NCBI GenBank assembly: GCA_012521295.1
Contig: JAAYMS010000053.1
Coordinates: 1 to 48,911 of the forward strand
Source: Bacillota bacterium
GTDB lineage: Bacteria; Bacillota; Limnochordia; Darwinibacteriales; Darwinibacteriaceae
Direction of reading: 5' to 3'
DNA length: 48,911 nucleotides
Part shown: positions 26,759 to 36,137 of the stretch, piece after piece
How the letters are laid out: each line of letters begins with the position of its first letter
Numbering within the stretch: position 1 is the stretch's first letter
The notes under the pieces: model-generated
Database searches by the model: none
What the model saw: the letters and a program-made list of their open reading frames with translations, nothing else
Told to the model about the DNA's origin: nothing
Translations under genes and position numbers: made by a program

Positions 26759-27760
26759 GTGAGCGGCGTGCATGATATTCTATCTCAAGAAGAAATCGAT
26801 CTACTAATTCAAGCAGCTACCGCACCCCAAGAAGCGAACGAAGCTGAACTCATTGTAGACGACCAGGCGATAGATACGTATGATTTCAGCCGTCCAAACA
26901 AGTTTTCAAAAGAACATATTCGAGGTCTGCAGCGGATCCATGAACAGTTCTGCCGGACCTTTGCTGGCTTGATGTCAGCTAAACTGCGCAGTCGTCTTGA
27001 GTTGAGCGTCAGTTCTATTACGCAGCTCACGTTTGGTGACTATGTCCGTTCACTGCCTAATCCGTCAGTTCTAACGGTATTTGATGTCTCACCTCTCCAG
27101 GGCTCGATAGTGGTGCAGTTCACACCTGAGATCGCGTTTGTGCTTCATGATCGCCTGTGCGGCGGGCCCGGACGCGTACCTGAACGCACTCGAAGTTTAA
27201 CCGACATCGAGGTTGCTGTCTTCCGCAAACAGGTGCTGCAGGCACTAAACAACCTCCTTAAGGATGCTTGGCATGAAGTCAAGCCTCTTGAGTTCGGGCT
27301 AACCGAGATCGAGAGCAATCCGCAGTTTCTCCAGGTTGCCTCAACTCGCGAGGTTGTTGCCCTGGTGACGATTAATTTCCGCCTGAACGAACTGCATGAC
27401 ATGATGACCATCTGCCTGCCGTTTCGAACACTCGAGCCAATTATTGGTAACCTGAGCCAGGCGAGGATGTTTGAGTCTCTCAGGCGTCCCGATCCCGCAC
27501 AGATAGAACGCCTCAAAGCCAAAGTGCGTTCTGCGGTGCTGCCAGTAGAGGTCGAACTAGGTTCGACAACGGTCACTGTGCAAGACCTCCTCGATCTGGA
27601 CGTCGGTGATGTGATTACATTAGATCGCAGAACAAATGAAACGATTGACGTCAAGATAGGAACGTTGACTAAGTTCAAGGCGACGCCCGGACGGATTGGT
27701 TCGAAGATCGGTATAGTTATCACTGCGGTATGCCAAAGCCGAGGAGGCGAACAAGAATGA
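26759..27760 (+). CDS. fliM: Flagellar motor switch protein FliM
   Basis: N-terminal CheY-P binding motif ILSQEEIDLLI, the middle FliM domain and a C-terminal SpoA/FliN-like domain. GTG 26768 is an equally plausible start. Confidence 0.9.
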   Translation: MSGVHDILSQEEIDLLIQAATAPQEANEAELIVDDQAIDTYDFSRPNKFSKEHIRGLQRIHEQFCRTFAGLMSAKLRSRLELSVSSITQLTFGDYVRSLPNPSVLTVFDVSPLQGSIVVQFTPEIAFVLHDRLCGGPGRVPERTRSLTDIEVAVFRKQVLQALNNLLKDAWHEVKPLEFGLTEIESNPQFLQVASTREVVALVTINFRLNELHDMMTICLPFRTLEPIIGNLSQARMFESLRRPDPAQIERLKAKVRSAVLPVEVELGSTTVTVQDLLDLDVGDVITLDRRTNETIDVKIGTLTKFKATPGRIGSKIGIVITAVCQSRGGEQE

Positions 27761-28770
27761 AGCTACAGCTTACAGATATAGAAAGGGACACGCTCGCTGA
27801 AATTGGCAATATATCCATGGGTTCGGCAGCAACCGCGCTCAGTACGTTGGTTAATAGGAAAGTGCGCATTACTGTCCCAGAGGTAACCCTGAGCGACATA
27901 GGCTCAGTGAGGGAGTCATATCCGGTACCCTGTTTACTTGTCAATGTCCAGTACCTATCTGGGCTGCAGGGCGAGAACATTCTCGTTATCAGAGAAAAAG
28001 ATGCTCTCATTATTGGTAACTTGATGATGGGTGAAGATGGGACAAACCCTCCAGAGGAACTCGACGAAATCTATCTAAGCGCTGTTTCCGAAGCCATGAA
28101 TATGATGATGGGTTCGGCAGCAACCGCGATGTCTGAGCTCTTCCATGATGCGATTGACATTTCTCCGCCTACAGCTGAGCTCAGGGACTTAGCTCAGGAA
28201 CCCCTAACTGAAGACATTTCTGAAAGCACCACTGTAGTCACAGTGGCGTTTCGGATTGAGATAGACGATCTTGTCGACAGTACCATGCTTCAGATTATCG
28301 ATGTGGAGTTTGCCAAAGGAATGGTAGCCAAGGTAATGCCTAGTGAAGAAGATGAAGCCGCAGCTGCTTCGGATGCCGCAGCGCACGTCGGAGCTGCATA
28401 CCCTTCACCGACACAAAAGGTCACATGGGATGACTTGAGTGTTACGCCACCAACAGGAGCTCCGACGCCACAAGCAGCAGCGCCGGATGCAGCGCAGGAA
28501 TACTTAGGGAATATCAAAATTGATCTCATCAAAGATATTCCGGTTCAGGTCAGAGCAGTTCTCGGCCGCACACACATGACGATCGAGAACATTCTGCGCC
28601 TTGGGCCTGGTAATATCGTCGAGTTGGATTCTTTCCACGGACAACCCATTGAGATTTACGCAAATGATACACTGGTCGCCCGGGGAGAAGTGGTCGTTGT
28701 TGGCGAACAGTTTGGCATTAGGGTGACAGAGATTGCCTCACCCCAAGACAGAATCGGCAGTGTACGTTAG
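27757..28770 (+). CDS. fliY: Flagellar switch protein/phosphatase FliY (CheC-like domains plus FliN domain)
   Basis: Two CheC-type motifs (DTLAEIGNISMGSAATALS and LSAVSEAMNMMMGSAATAMS). C-terminal FliN domain (VRAVLGRTHMTIENILRLGPGNIVELD...GEQFGIRVTEI). ATGA overlap with the fliM stop, after RBS gaggagg. Confidence 0.85.
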   Translation: MKLQLTDIERDTLAEIGNISMGSAATALSTLVNRKVRITVPEVTLSDIGSVRESYPVPCLLVNVQYLSGLQGENILVIREKDALIIGNLMMGEDGTNPPEELDEIYLSAVSEAMNMMMGSAATAMSELFHDAIDISPPTAELRDLAQEPLTEDISESTTVVTVAFRIEIDDLVDSTMLQIIDVEFAKGMVAKVMPSEEDEAAAASDAAAHVGAAYPSPTQKVTWDDLSVTPPTGAPTPQAAAPDAAQEYLGNIKIDLIKDIPVQVRAVLGRTHMTIENILRLGPGNIVELDSFHGQPIEIYANDTLVARGEVVVVGEQFGIRVTEIASPQDRIGSVR

Positions 28771-28791
28771 GTCAAGAGAAGAGGTGGGCTA

Positions 28792-30792
28792 TTGGATACT
28801 AGTGAATTCAAAGAGATTTTCGCAGCTGAAGCACGAGATTATCTCCAATCGCTCAATGACGATCTTTTGCGGCTGGAAAACGATCCTAGCAACAGCGATA
28901 TCTTAGATGAGATGTTTCGTGCGGCCCACAGCTTAAAAGGCATGGCAGGCACAATGGGGTTCCGAGAGCTGGCAGAGTTTACCCATGAGATGGAGAGTGT
29001 CTTCGACCTCCTCCGCACCGGTTCCCTCACTGCAACTCAGGAAGTTGTAGACGTGCTTTTCCAAGCTGTGGATACCCTCGAGCTGCTCCTCGAAGCAACC
29101 ATTGATGGTTCACCCATTGCTTATCACGAACAGATAACTCAGCGCCTGCGCTCATTAACAAGTGCTCCGCCAACACCGTCATCCTCTCGAAGCGTTGGCG
29201 AACTTGACGCGGGGTTTAAGCTGAACGAGTTTGACCGCGAGACCATCAAGCAGGGTAAGGAACAGGGGCTCAATGCCTATGCAGCCGAAGTATCATTGCG
29301 GCCGAACACTCTACTCAAATCGGTGCGGGTTTTTACAGTCTTTCAAGCACTAGAGAATATCGGGACGATCGTCAAGAGCGATCCTCCAGCACAAGATCTT
29401 GAGGAGGAACGATTTGATCTTGATTTTTCTCTCCTCATTCTGACGAGGGAAAGTGCTCAAACAGTGCAGCAAGTTATTGAGGGAATCTCTGAGATCGATG
29501 CCGTTAAGGTATACTCCATCAACCTCGAGCAAACACCAACTCCCAATATAGAAGCTGCCGCGGCGCAGGAAGAACTCCAGGTAGAGTTTCCTACAGGAGA
29601 AGGTTCACAGTTGGTGAAAACTACCCAGTTCCAACAGCGCAGTGGCGACAAATATGTCCGTATCGAGACGGAGCGATTGGATAAACTGATCAATTTGGTC
29701 GGCGAGTTGGTGATCAGCCGCACGCAGGTTATTGAGATCATGCGTGATGTGGTTGACACAGAGCAGAAAAGCGCAGCCGATCAGCTTGACCGCGTCACAA
29801 CTGAACTGCAGCATGCAGCTATGAGCCTAAGAATGGTCCCGATTAAACAGGTTTTTGACCGGTTCCCGCGTATGGTAAGGGACTTGGCACGGGCCAGCCA
29901 GAAAGAGATTAACCTCGAAATCTATGGCGAAGATACGGAACTCGACCGTTCGCTCGTCAATCAAATAGGCGACCCTCTTGTGCACCTCATCCGCAACTCG
30001 ATCGACCACGGTATCGAACCAAGGGATGTGCGCATCGCAAGGGGCAAACCAACTGCAGGAACGGTCCGGGTTGGCGCGCGTCACGAAGGTAGTCACATTG
30101 TCATTGCGGTGGAAGATGACGGTGGCGGGCTCAATGTGGAGAAGATTCGAGCCAAAGCGATCGAACGAGGACTGCTTCCCAGCGACGTTGGAGAGATTTC
30201 AAAGCAGACCGCTATAGACCTTCTGTTCCAGCCTGGATTCAGTACCGCCAGTGTTGTTACCGATATCTCTGGCCGAGGCGTGGGCATGGATGCCGTTAAG
30301 TCTGTAATCGAGTCTATGAGTGGAACAATTGAAATAGAAACTGAACCGGAAAAGTATCTCCGGACTGTGATCAAACTGCCATTGACCCTTGCAATCATTA
30401 AGGCTCTCTTGGTTGTAGCCGATGGGGCAACCTACGCAATTCCAATCCAAGCGGTTCGAGAGAACCTTCAGATTACACGTGATCAGATTAAGACCGTGCA
30501 GCAGCACGATGTAATTGTACTGCGAGACGAGATATTGCCCCTGTACGACCTGGCTGAATGTCTTGGCTTTACACCATTACAGCCAGAACAAGATGAGAGT
30601 CTGTCGGTTATTGTGATGGAGACACGGGGTCAGAAGGCGGCCTTTATTGTAGAAGACCTAATTGGCCAGCAGGAGATTGTAATCAAGAGTCTCGGCGACT
30701 TAATTGGTGAAGTAAAAGGAATCGCCGGTGCCGCTGTCTTAGGAAACGGCCAGGTCGCCCTAATATTAGATAACAGCACCTTACTAAGATAG
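28792..30792 (+). CDS. cheA: Chemotaxis histidine kinase CheA
   Basis: Hpt with the phospho-His (FRAAHSLKGMAGTMGF), dimerisation domain, HATPase (DDGGGL, GRGVGMD) and a C-terminal CheW-like domain. TTG start. Confidence 0.95.
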   Translation: MDTSEFKEIFAAEARDYLQSLNDDLLRLENDPSNSDILDEMFRAAHSLKGMAGTMGFRELAEFTHEMESVFDLLRTGSLTATQEVVDVLFQAVDTLELLLEATIDGSPIAYHEQITQRLRSLTSAPPTPSSSRSVGELDAGFKLNEFDRETIKQGKEQGLNAYAAEVSLRPNTLLKSVRVFTVFQALENIGTIVKSDPPAQDLEEERFDLDFSLLILTRESAQTVQQVIEGISEIDAVKVYSINLEQTPTPNIEAAAAQEELQVEFPTGEGSQLVKTTQFQQRSGDKYVRIETERLDKLINLVGELVISRTQVIEIMRDVVDTEQKSAADQLDRVTTELQHAAMSLRMVPIKQVFDRFPRMVRDLARASQKEINLEIYGEDTELDRSLVNQIGDPLVHLIRNSIDHGIEPRDVRIARGKPTAGTVRVGARHEGSHIVIAVEDDGGGLNVEKIRAKAIERGLLPSDVGEISKQTAIDLLFQPGFSTASVVTDISGRGVGMDAVKSVIESMSGTIEIETEPEKYLRTVIKLPLTLAIIKALLVVADGATYAIPIQAVRENLQITRDQIKTVQQHDVIVLRDEILPLYDLAECLGFTPLQPEQDESLSVIVMETRGQKAAFIVEDLIGQQEIVIKSLGDLIGEVKGIAGAAVLGNGQVALILDNSTLLR

Positions 30793-30805
30793 GAGATGAT
30801 GTGGC

Positions 30806-31168
30806 ATGCCAAAGACCGTACTCATTACAGACGACACAGCCTTCATGCGCATGACGCTGAAAAATGTAATCCAAAAGAATGGATACATCGTCGTGGGCGA
30901 AGCAGCAGATGGTGAAGAGGCCGTCGCTAAGTACCTAGAACTCCGCCCCGACTTGGTAACTATGGATATCACCATGCCGAAAATGGATGGAATTACAGCC
31001 ATTAAAGAAATCATGCGCCACGATCCTAATGCCAGAATCATTGTGTGCAGCGCCATGGGGCAAAAACCGATGGTTATCGAAGCTCTGAATGCAGGAGCAA
31101 AGGACTTTTTGGTGAAGCCATTTGACGCTGATCGTGTCATCGAAGCACTGCGCAAAGCTGCTCCGTAG
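30806..31168 (+). CDS. cheY: Chemotaxis response regulator CheY
   Basis: 120-aa single receiver domain with DD, the phospho-Asp in VTMDITMP, and K in VKPF. Confidence 0.9.
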   Translation: MPKTVLITDDTAFMRMTLKNVIQKNGYIVVGEAADGEEAVAKYLELRPDLVTMDITMPKMDGITAIKEIMRHDPNARIIVCSAMGQKPMVIEALNAGAKDFLVKPFDADRVIEALRKAAP

Positions 31169-31179
31169 GAGGAGGCTGA

Positions 31180-31776
31180 ATGGAACGACTAGACTTCTTG
31201 CGCGAACTAGGGAACATCGGAATTGGGCACGCAACTACAGCTCTGTCTGAAATGCTGCAGGGCAAGCTTCTGCGCCTTGTGGTTCCGGATGCCCGTATAC
31301 TCCCATTCGAAGAAGCGGCTGCCTATATCGGTGGCCTAGACGAAATCGTGGCCGGCATCTTTATGCAGATATCAGGTGACGTTACTGGTCACATGGCATT
31401 TATACTCCCGATCGAAAGCGCCCGCACACTAGTGGAATTGCTGACTCAACGGCATGGGACTGACGAAGAGATATTTGATGAATTAGGCCGCTCCGCACTG
31501 GAAGAAATCGGGAATATTATGATTACTTCTTATCTTAACGCTCTCAGCGCCTTAACAGATCTTGTCATGTCCCCAAGTATCCCAGCCCTCGCGATCGACA
31601 TGGCAGGAGCCGTTTGGGAAAGCGTGCTTGCAGGGGCTCTGGTTGATGAAGCGGTGACGATTATCCGGACTGATTTCTCTGCCGATGGCGTGGATATCGG
31701 GGGCAATATTGTGCTGCTTCCCGATGAAGAGGAGTTCCAGAAGATTGAGCATGCCCTCGGCCTGGAGGATTTCTGA
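31180..31776 (+). CDS. cheC: CheY-P phosphatase CheC
   Basis: Two CheC motifs (LRELGNIGIGHATTALSEML and ALEEIGNIMITSYLNALS). Lies adjacent to cheD. Confidence 0.85.
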   Translation: MERLDFLRELGNIGIGHATTALSEMLQGKLLRLVVPDARILPFEEAAAYIGGLDEIVAGIFMQISGDVTGHMAFILPIESARTLVELLTQRHGTDEEIFDELGRSALEEIGNIMITSYLNALSALTDLVMSPSIPALAIDMAGAVWESVLAGALVDEAVTIIRTDFSADGVDIGGNIVLLPDEEEFQKIEHALGLEDF

Positions 31777-32258
31777 TGGAAGAGGTCTTTGTCAATATGG
31801 GAGAGATCCGGGCTCTAGCGAGAACGGGTGTCTTAACAACAGTTGGCCTGGGTTCGTGTGTGGGAGTAGCTCTGTACGATAGCGTAGCTCAAGTGGGAGT
31901 AATGGGGCATGTATTCTTGCCGACGGCCCGCCGGCGGAACGAGACGGTGGATATGCCGGGGAAGTATGCAGACACCGCTATCCCGGCGCTGATCGATGAA
32001 GCGGTCAGGTTGGGCGCTCAGAAGCGCCGCCTATGGGCAAAACTTGCTGGCGGTGCCAATCTGTTTCCTAACCTCACGACGAGTAATGGAAACATCGGCA
32101 GTCAGAACATTAAAGCTGTACTGGAAAACTTGGCGTTACACGATATACCGGTCGTTGGTCAGGATGTGTCAGGCAGTCATGGACGTAAGATGCGTTTTTT
32201 TGTCGAAGACGGCCGCGTTACAGTAACGGCTATTGGTAAAGAACCAATTGATATTTGA
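31776..32258 (+). CDS. cheD: Chemoreceptor glutamine deamidase CheD
   Basis: TVGLGSCVGVALYD (catalytic Cys) and GHVFLP. Start overlaps the cheC stop. Confidence 0.9.
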   Translation: MEEVFVNMGEIRALARTGVLTTVGLGSCVGVALYDSVAQVGVMGHVFLPTARRRNETVDMPGKYADTAIPALIDEAVRLGAQKRRLWAKLAGGANLFPNLTTSNGNIGSQNIKAVLENLALHDIPVVGQDVSGSHGRKMRFFVEDGRVTVTAIGKEPIDI

Positions 32259-32268
32259 GGTGGTCGCG

Positions 32269-33339
32269 ATGTCCATCCGAGTATTAGTAGTTGATGACAG
32301 CGCATTTATGCGAAAGATGATTACGCAGATATTGACGTCCGACCCCGGTATCGAAGTAACCGCAACCGCCCGGAATGGAGCGGATGCTCTAAAAAAACTC
32401 ACTTCAACCGAGGTCGATGTCATCACCTTAGACGTTGAGATGCCAGTCATGAACGGGCTGGATACACTGCGTGAGTTGATGGCTGTAAACCCCAAACCAG
32501 TCATCATGCTGAGCAGCAGAACGAAACGAGGATCCGAGATTACATTCCAGGCCCTCGCTCTAGGTGCCGTAGATTTCGTTCCCAAGCCTTCGGGTGAGAT
32601 TTCTCTAGATATTGACACTATCGCACAAGAACTAATTGCAAAAGTAAAGGCTGCAGCTGGTGCTCGTGTTGTTGCGTATAAATCGTCTCCCCAACCCGAG
32701 AAGACAGTTACACCACCCCCTCCGCGAAAGCCGGTTCAAACGACAGTACCTCGTGGTATCGCGGCTGATGCAGTCGTTATCATAGGTTCGTCCACCGGCG
32801 GGCCCAAAGCACTAGAGCAGGTTATAGCCAGCATCCCAAAAGACATTCCCGCTGGCTTTCTTATTGTTCAACACATGCCGCAACCATTTACTAAGAGCTT
32901 TGCTGAACGCTTGAATGGTATCGGCGAACTGGCTGTTAAAGAAGCCGAAGAGGGAGATGTGGTCCAGAACGGTATGGCGCTGTTAGCTCCAGGATCGTTC
33001 CATATGGTTGTGGATCAAGATAAACGCATACGTCTAAATCAGGATCCACCGGTGCAGTTCGTGCGCCCCAGCATTGATGTCACGATGGCAAGCCTTCCAG
33101 AAGTATTTGGATCGAGAATTGTAGGAGTGATTCTCACAGGAATGGGCCGTGATGGAGCCGATGGCATGGGCTTGATTAAAAAGGCCGGTGGGTTGACTAT
33201 CGCGCAAGACCGCCTGACATCGACAATTTACAGCATGCCCAAGGCGGTCGCGGATGAAGGTCATGCTGACTATATCCTCTCACTCGATCGCATTGGGGAA
33301 AGCATCATTCGCTTGGTTCATGCCATACAGAGTCACTAA
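32269..33339 (+). CDS. cheB: Protein-glutamate methylesterase/deamidase CheB
   Basis: Receiver domain (IRVLVVDDSAFMR...LDVEMPVMNG) plus methylesterase domain (GSSTGGP, QHMP, GMGRDGA). ATG 32269 follows RBS gaggtgg. The track start 32233 overlaps cheD. Confidence 0.9.
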   Translation: MSIRVLVVDDSAFMRKMITQILTSDPGIEVTATARNGADALKKLTSTEVDVITLDVEMPVMNGLDTLRELMAVNPKPVIMLSSRTKRGSEITFQALALGAVDFVPKPSGEISLDIDTIAQELIAKVKAAAGARVVAYKSSPQPEKTVTPPPPRKPVQTTVPRGIAADAVVIIGSSTGGPKALEQVIASIPKDIPAGFLIVQHMPQPFTKSFAERLNGIGELAVKEAEEGDVVQNGMALLAPGSFHMVVDQDKRIRLNQDPPVQFVRPSIDVTMASLPEVFGSRIVGVILTGMGRDGADGMGLIKKAGGLTIAQDRLTSTIYSMPKAVADEGHADYILSLDRIGESIIRLVHAIQSH

Positions 33340-33353
33340 AGGGGTTATTAGCC

Positions 33354-34124
33354 TTGAGGATGGATTATGATTTTCTGAAACGGCGCATCTATGAAGTGTT
33401 GGGGATCGATCTGAATTCCTATAAGGAGCAACAGATGCGCCGGCGTATCGATCAGTGGTTGACACGCTACAGCTTAGAAGACTACGCCCATTTGGTTGAG
33501 CGTATTAAGAGTGATGCCGAACACCGCGAAAAGTTCACCAACTATCTCACGATAAATACGTCCCAGTTCTTCCGTGACCTGGGAGTTTTCAATGATATCG
33601 AAAACATGGTTCTGCCCCGTATAACGGCGGGAGGGAAGCGCCCTCGAATCTGGAGCGCAGGCGCTTCAATCGGGGCAGAGATCTATTCGATAGCACTCCT
33701 GCTGAAAAAGTACAACCAGCGGGCGCAGCAGCTCTTGGCCACTGATATCGATGAAGCCATCTTGGATCGCGCAGAAAAAGGGCGTTATTCGCCCAACGAA
33801 GTGCAGAACGTACCACCTGCCCTAATAGAGAAATACTTCACAAACGATGAGAATCATCTAGTGCTATCCGAGGAAGTCCGGACGATGGTAACCTTTAAGA
33901 AGCACGACATGCTGCGCGATCTTTTCCCAAAGCCCTTTGACTTAATTCTGTGCCGTAATGTTTTCATCTACTTCACTGCCGAAACCCAGGAGCGCCTCAT
34001 TCATAAGTTCGTTGATTCCTTAGTTTCCGGTGGTTTCTTCATTGTAGGTTCGGCAGAGCACATTATGGATCCAGCTCGATTTGGACTGGAAAGACAGAGT
34101 TACTGCATTTATTCCAAATTGTAA
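33354..34124 (+). CDS. cheR: Chemotaxis protein methyltransferase CheR
   Basis: FFRDLGVF, RIWSAGASIGAEIYSIALLL (SAM motif), CRNVFIYF. TTG 33354 or ATG 33360. Confidence 0.9.
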   Translation: MRMDYDFLKRRIYEVLGIDLNSYKEQQMRRRIDQWLTRYSLEDYAHLVERIKSDAEHREKFTNYLTINTSQFFRDLGVFNDIENMVLPRITAGGKRPRIWSAGASIGAEIYSIALLLKKYNQRAQQLLATDIDEAILDRAEKGRYSPNEVQNVPPALIEKYFTNDENHLVLSEEVRTMVTFKKHDMLRDLFPKPFDLILCRNVFIYFTAETQERLIHKFVDSLVSGGFFIVGSAEHIMDPARFGLERQSYCIYSKL

Positions 34125-34140
34125 AGGGGTCTTCATTCAG

Positions 34141-36105
34141 ATGAGAAAATGGGTGGGTCGCGGTTCTACGATCGACGAAGCTGTGGCCAAAGGCCTTCAG
34201 GAGTTGGGCGTAACCAAGGAAGAGGTAGATATCATAGTCCTCGAAGAGCCCAAGAGACGCCTCTTGGGCCTTGCTCGTACAGAGGCGGTAGTGCAGCTTG
34301 TAGAGCGGGCAGAGCAAGACGATACTGAGTCTATCGCCCAAGACCTTAACGGAAAGGTATGGGTAAAAAACGGTCAGCTCGGTTACGAGCCTCCGCGCGA
34401 TGGAGGGGCTGCCCCGCGCCTTATCATCGATGGAAAAATCACTGTAGTCTATCAGGGGCAGAGAATCGAGCGGGTTGTAGAACTCGAGCAGGGATTGTCA
34501 GGCCTCGAGATCATCCTTCCCGAAGATACTGAACCATTCACTCACCTAGATATCGTAGTAGACAAGGATGGATTAACTGCTCAGCTAGTTTGGCAACAGG
34601 TACCGGGTACTAAGTACAGCTTGGCCGATCAACCCACGTCAACCTCTGCGCAGTTAAAGCTTATCCAAGAAAGCCTGCCCCCAAGGCCCATTACTATAGA
34701 CGATGTGCGTCTAACAGTACAATCAGAAGGCATTACTTACGGCCTGCTTCTCGATACTATTAATCCAGATATCTTTAGAGCTCCACAGGGTTCCATCGTC
34801 GTAGCACGCGGAACGGAGCCCGTTCCTCCACAGGACGCAATAATTGAGTACACGTACAAACAGCAGAATGACATCGATCCCGATTCGATCCGCATAGACC
34901 ATTATGAAGTATACGGCATTTCCAGCGTCCAAATGGGAACCGTCTTAGCCCGTAAGGTTCCCGCGCAGGCTGGCGAGCCCGGCATTGATGTCTACGGAAG
35001 ACCTATACATGTGCCGCAGCCTAAAGACCGCAGTATCAAATGTGGCAAGGGCGTTGAGCTATCTCTTGATGGCTTAACCGCCACCGCCTCCATAGCTGGC
35101 TTACCGCACCTCAACGGTGATATCCTCGAAGTACTACCTATGCTCGAGCTAAAATCTGATGCCGATATCTCTACGGGGAACATCAGATTCGATGGCGCGG
35201 TGCTGATCCATGGCAATGTCCACGATAATGTCAAAGTCGAATCAATATCAGGAACCGTTTACGTCGGTGGCCTCGTTAGCGGAGCAACGATTCGAAGCCT
35301 TGGGACAATTGTGGTGCGGAAAAACGTGGTTTCATCATTTCTGCAAGCTGGTGGGAAGAGCATCGTCCACATTCGGCTGATGGCTATACTCAACCGCATT
35401 AAAGCACAACTGGAGAAACTAGAGACAGCATTCCGTACAATAGTGCGGCACAGTCCTCCAAGTACAAACGAGAGTGCTCTTCTCGAACACCTCATCGACT
35501 TGAAGTTCTCGCATCTGCTGCGTGAAACAGAGCTCTTGAGCGATTTCTTCAGTGAAATAGCTCAAGAACTCGAACCAAAGCTTCACGAAGCTGTTGCTCG
35601 GATCATAGTTCACTTCGGGCCAAAGAGGGCGCGGGGAACGCTCTCACTTGAGACGGTGCGGCGCCTGTTGGAAACACTGGCTGCTGAGGAAGAAGGCTTG
35701 ATGAGGGCAGCTTCGCAGGATGCTGATATTCGTGTGCGCTATATACAAAATAGTCACCTAGAAGCAGCTGGTTCTGTTATAATTGAGGGACAGGGAGCGT
35801 ATTACTCAACGGTAATCGCGGGGAAGGGGTTTCAGATGGAGCGCGGCCTGTTCCGCGGCGGCGAGATAATTGTCAATGATGGCGAGATTGTCGCCAAAGA
35901 ATTGGGAGGGCCCACAGGCGTTGCCACCAGCGCTACCGTTGTTACAAATGGGCGCATCAAAAGTCAACTGGTTCATTCAAATGTCACCCTGTGTATCGCT
36001 CAGCAGCGTTTTCGTTTTGATGAACCAGCGTCGAGAGTACATGCGTATCTATCCGATGGTGTCCTCCACGTGATCGCCGATGGAGTCAAAGTAGTGGGCG
36101 GGTAG
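34141..36105 (+). CDS. FapA/DUF342-family protein with a Jag_N-like N-terminal domain
   Basis: N-terminus GSTIDEAVAKGLQELGVTKEEVDIIVLEEPKRRLLG resembles the Jag/KhpB N-domain. The rest shows the long beta-helix-type repeats and coiled segment typical of DUF342. ATG 34141 lies 10 nt after aaagggg. The track start 34081 lies inside cheR. Confidence 0.7.
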   Translation: MRKWVGRGSTIDEAVAKGLQELGVTKEEVDIIVLEEPKRRLLGLARTEAVVQLVERAEQDDTESIAQDLNGKVWVKNGQLGYEPPRDGGAAPRLIIDGKITVVYQGQRIERVVELEQGLSGLEIILPEDTEPFTHLDIVVDKDGLTAQLVWQQVPGTKYSLADQPTSTSAQLKLIQESLPPRPITIDDVRLTVQSEGITYGLLLDTINPDIFRAPQGSIVVARGTEPVPPQDAIIEYTYKQQNDIDPDSIRIDHYEVYGISSVQMGTVLARKVPAQAGEPGIDVYGRPIHVPQPKDRSIKCGKGVELSLDGLTATASIAGLPHLNGDILEVLPMLELKSDADISTGNIRFDGAVLIHGNVHDNVKVESISGTVYVGGLVSGATIRSLGTIVVRKNVVSSFLQAGGKSIVHIRLMAILNRIKAQLEKLETAFRTIVRHSPPSTNESALLEHLIDLKFSHLLRETELLSDFFSEIAQELEPKLHEAVARIIVHFGPKRARGTLSLETVRRLLETLAAEEEGLMRAASQDADIRVRYIQNSHLEAAGSVIIEGQGAYYSTVIAGKGFQMERGLFRGGEIIVNDGEIVAKELGGPTGVATSATVVTNGRIKSQLVHSNVTLCIAQQRFRFDEPASRVHAYLSDGVLHVIADGVKVVGG

Positions 36106-36137
36106 CAGCAATAAGCATTGCAAGAAAGGTTGAATCT

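Noticed and set aside
27145-27723. 192-aa minus-strand ORF inside fliM
   Set aside because: It is antisense to a clearly recognisable FliM. Its Ser/Arg/Thr-rich composition marks it as a shadow ORF.
32169-32618. 149-aa minus-strand ORF over the cheD/cheB junction
   Set aside because: It is antisense to two conserved che genes, with shadow-frame composition.
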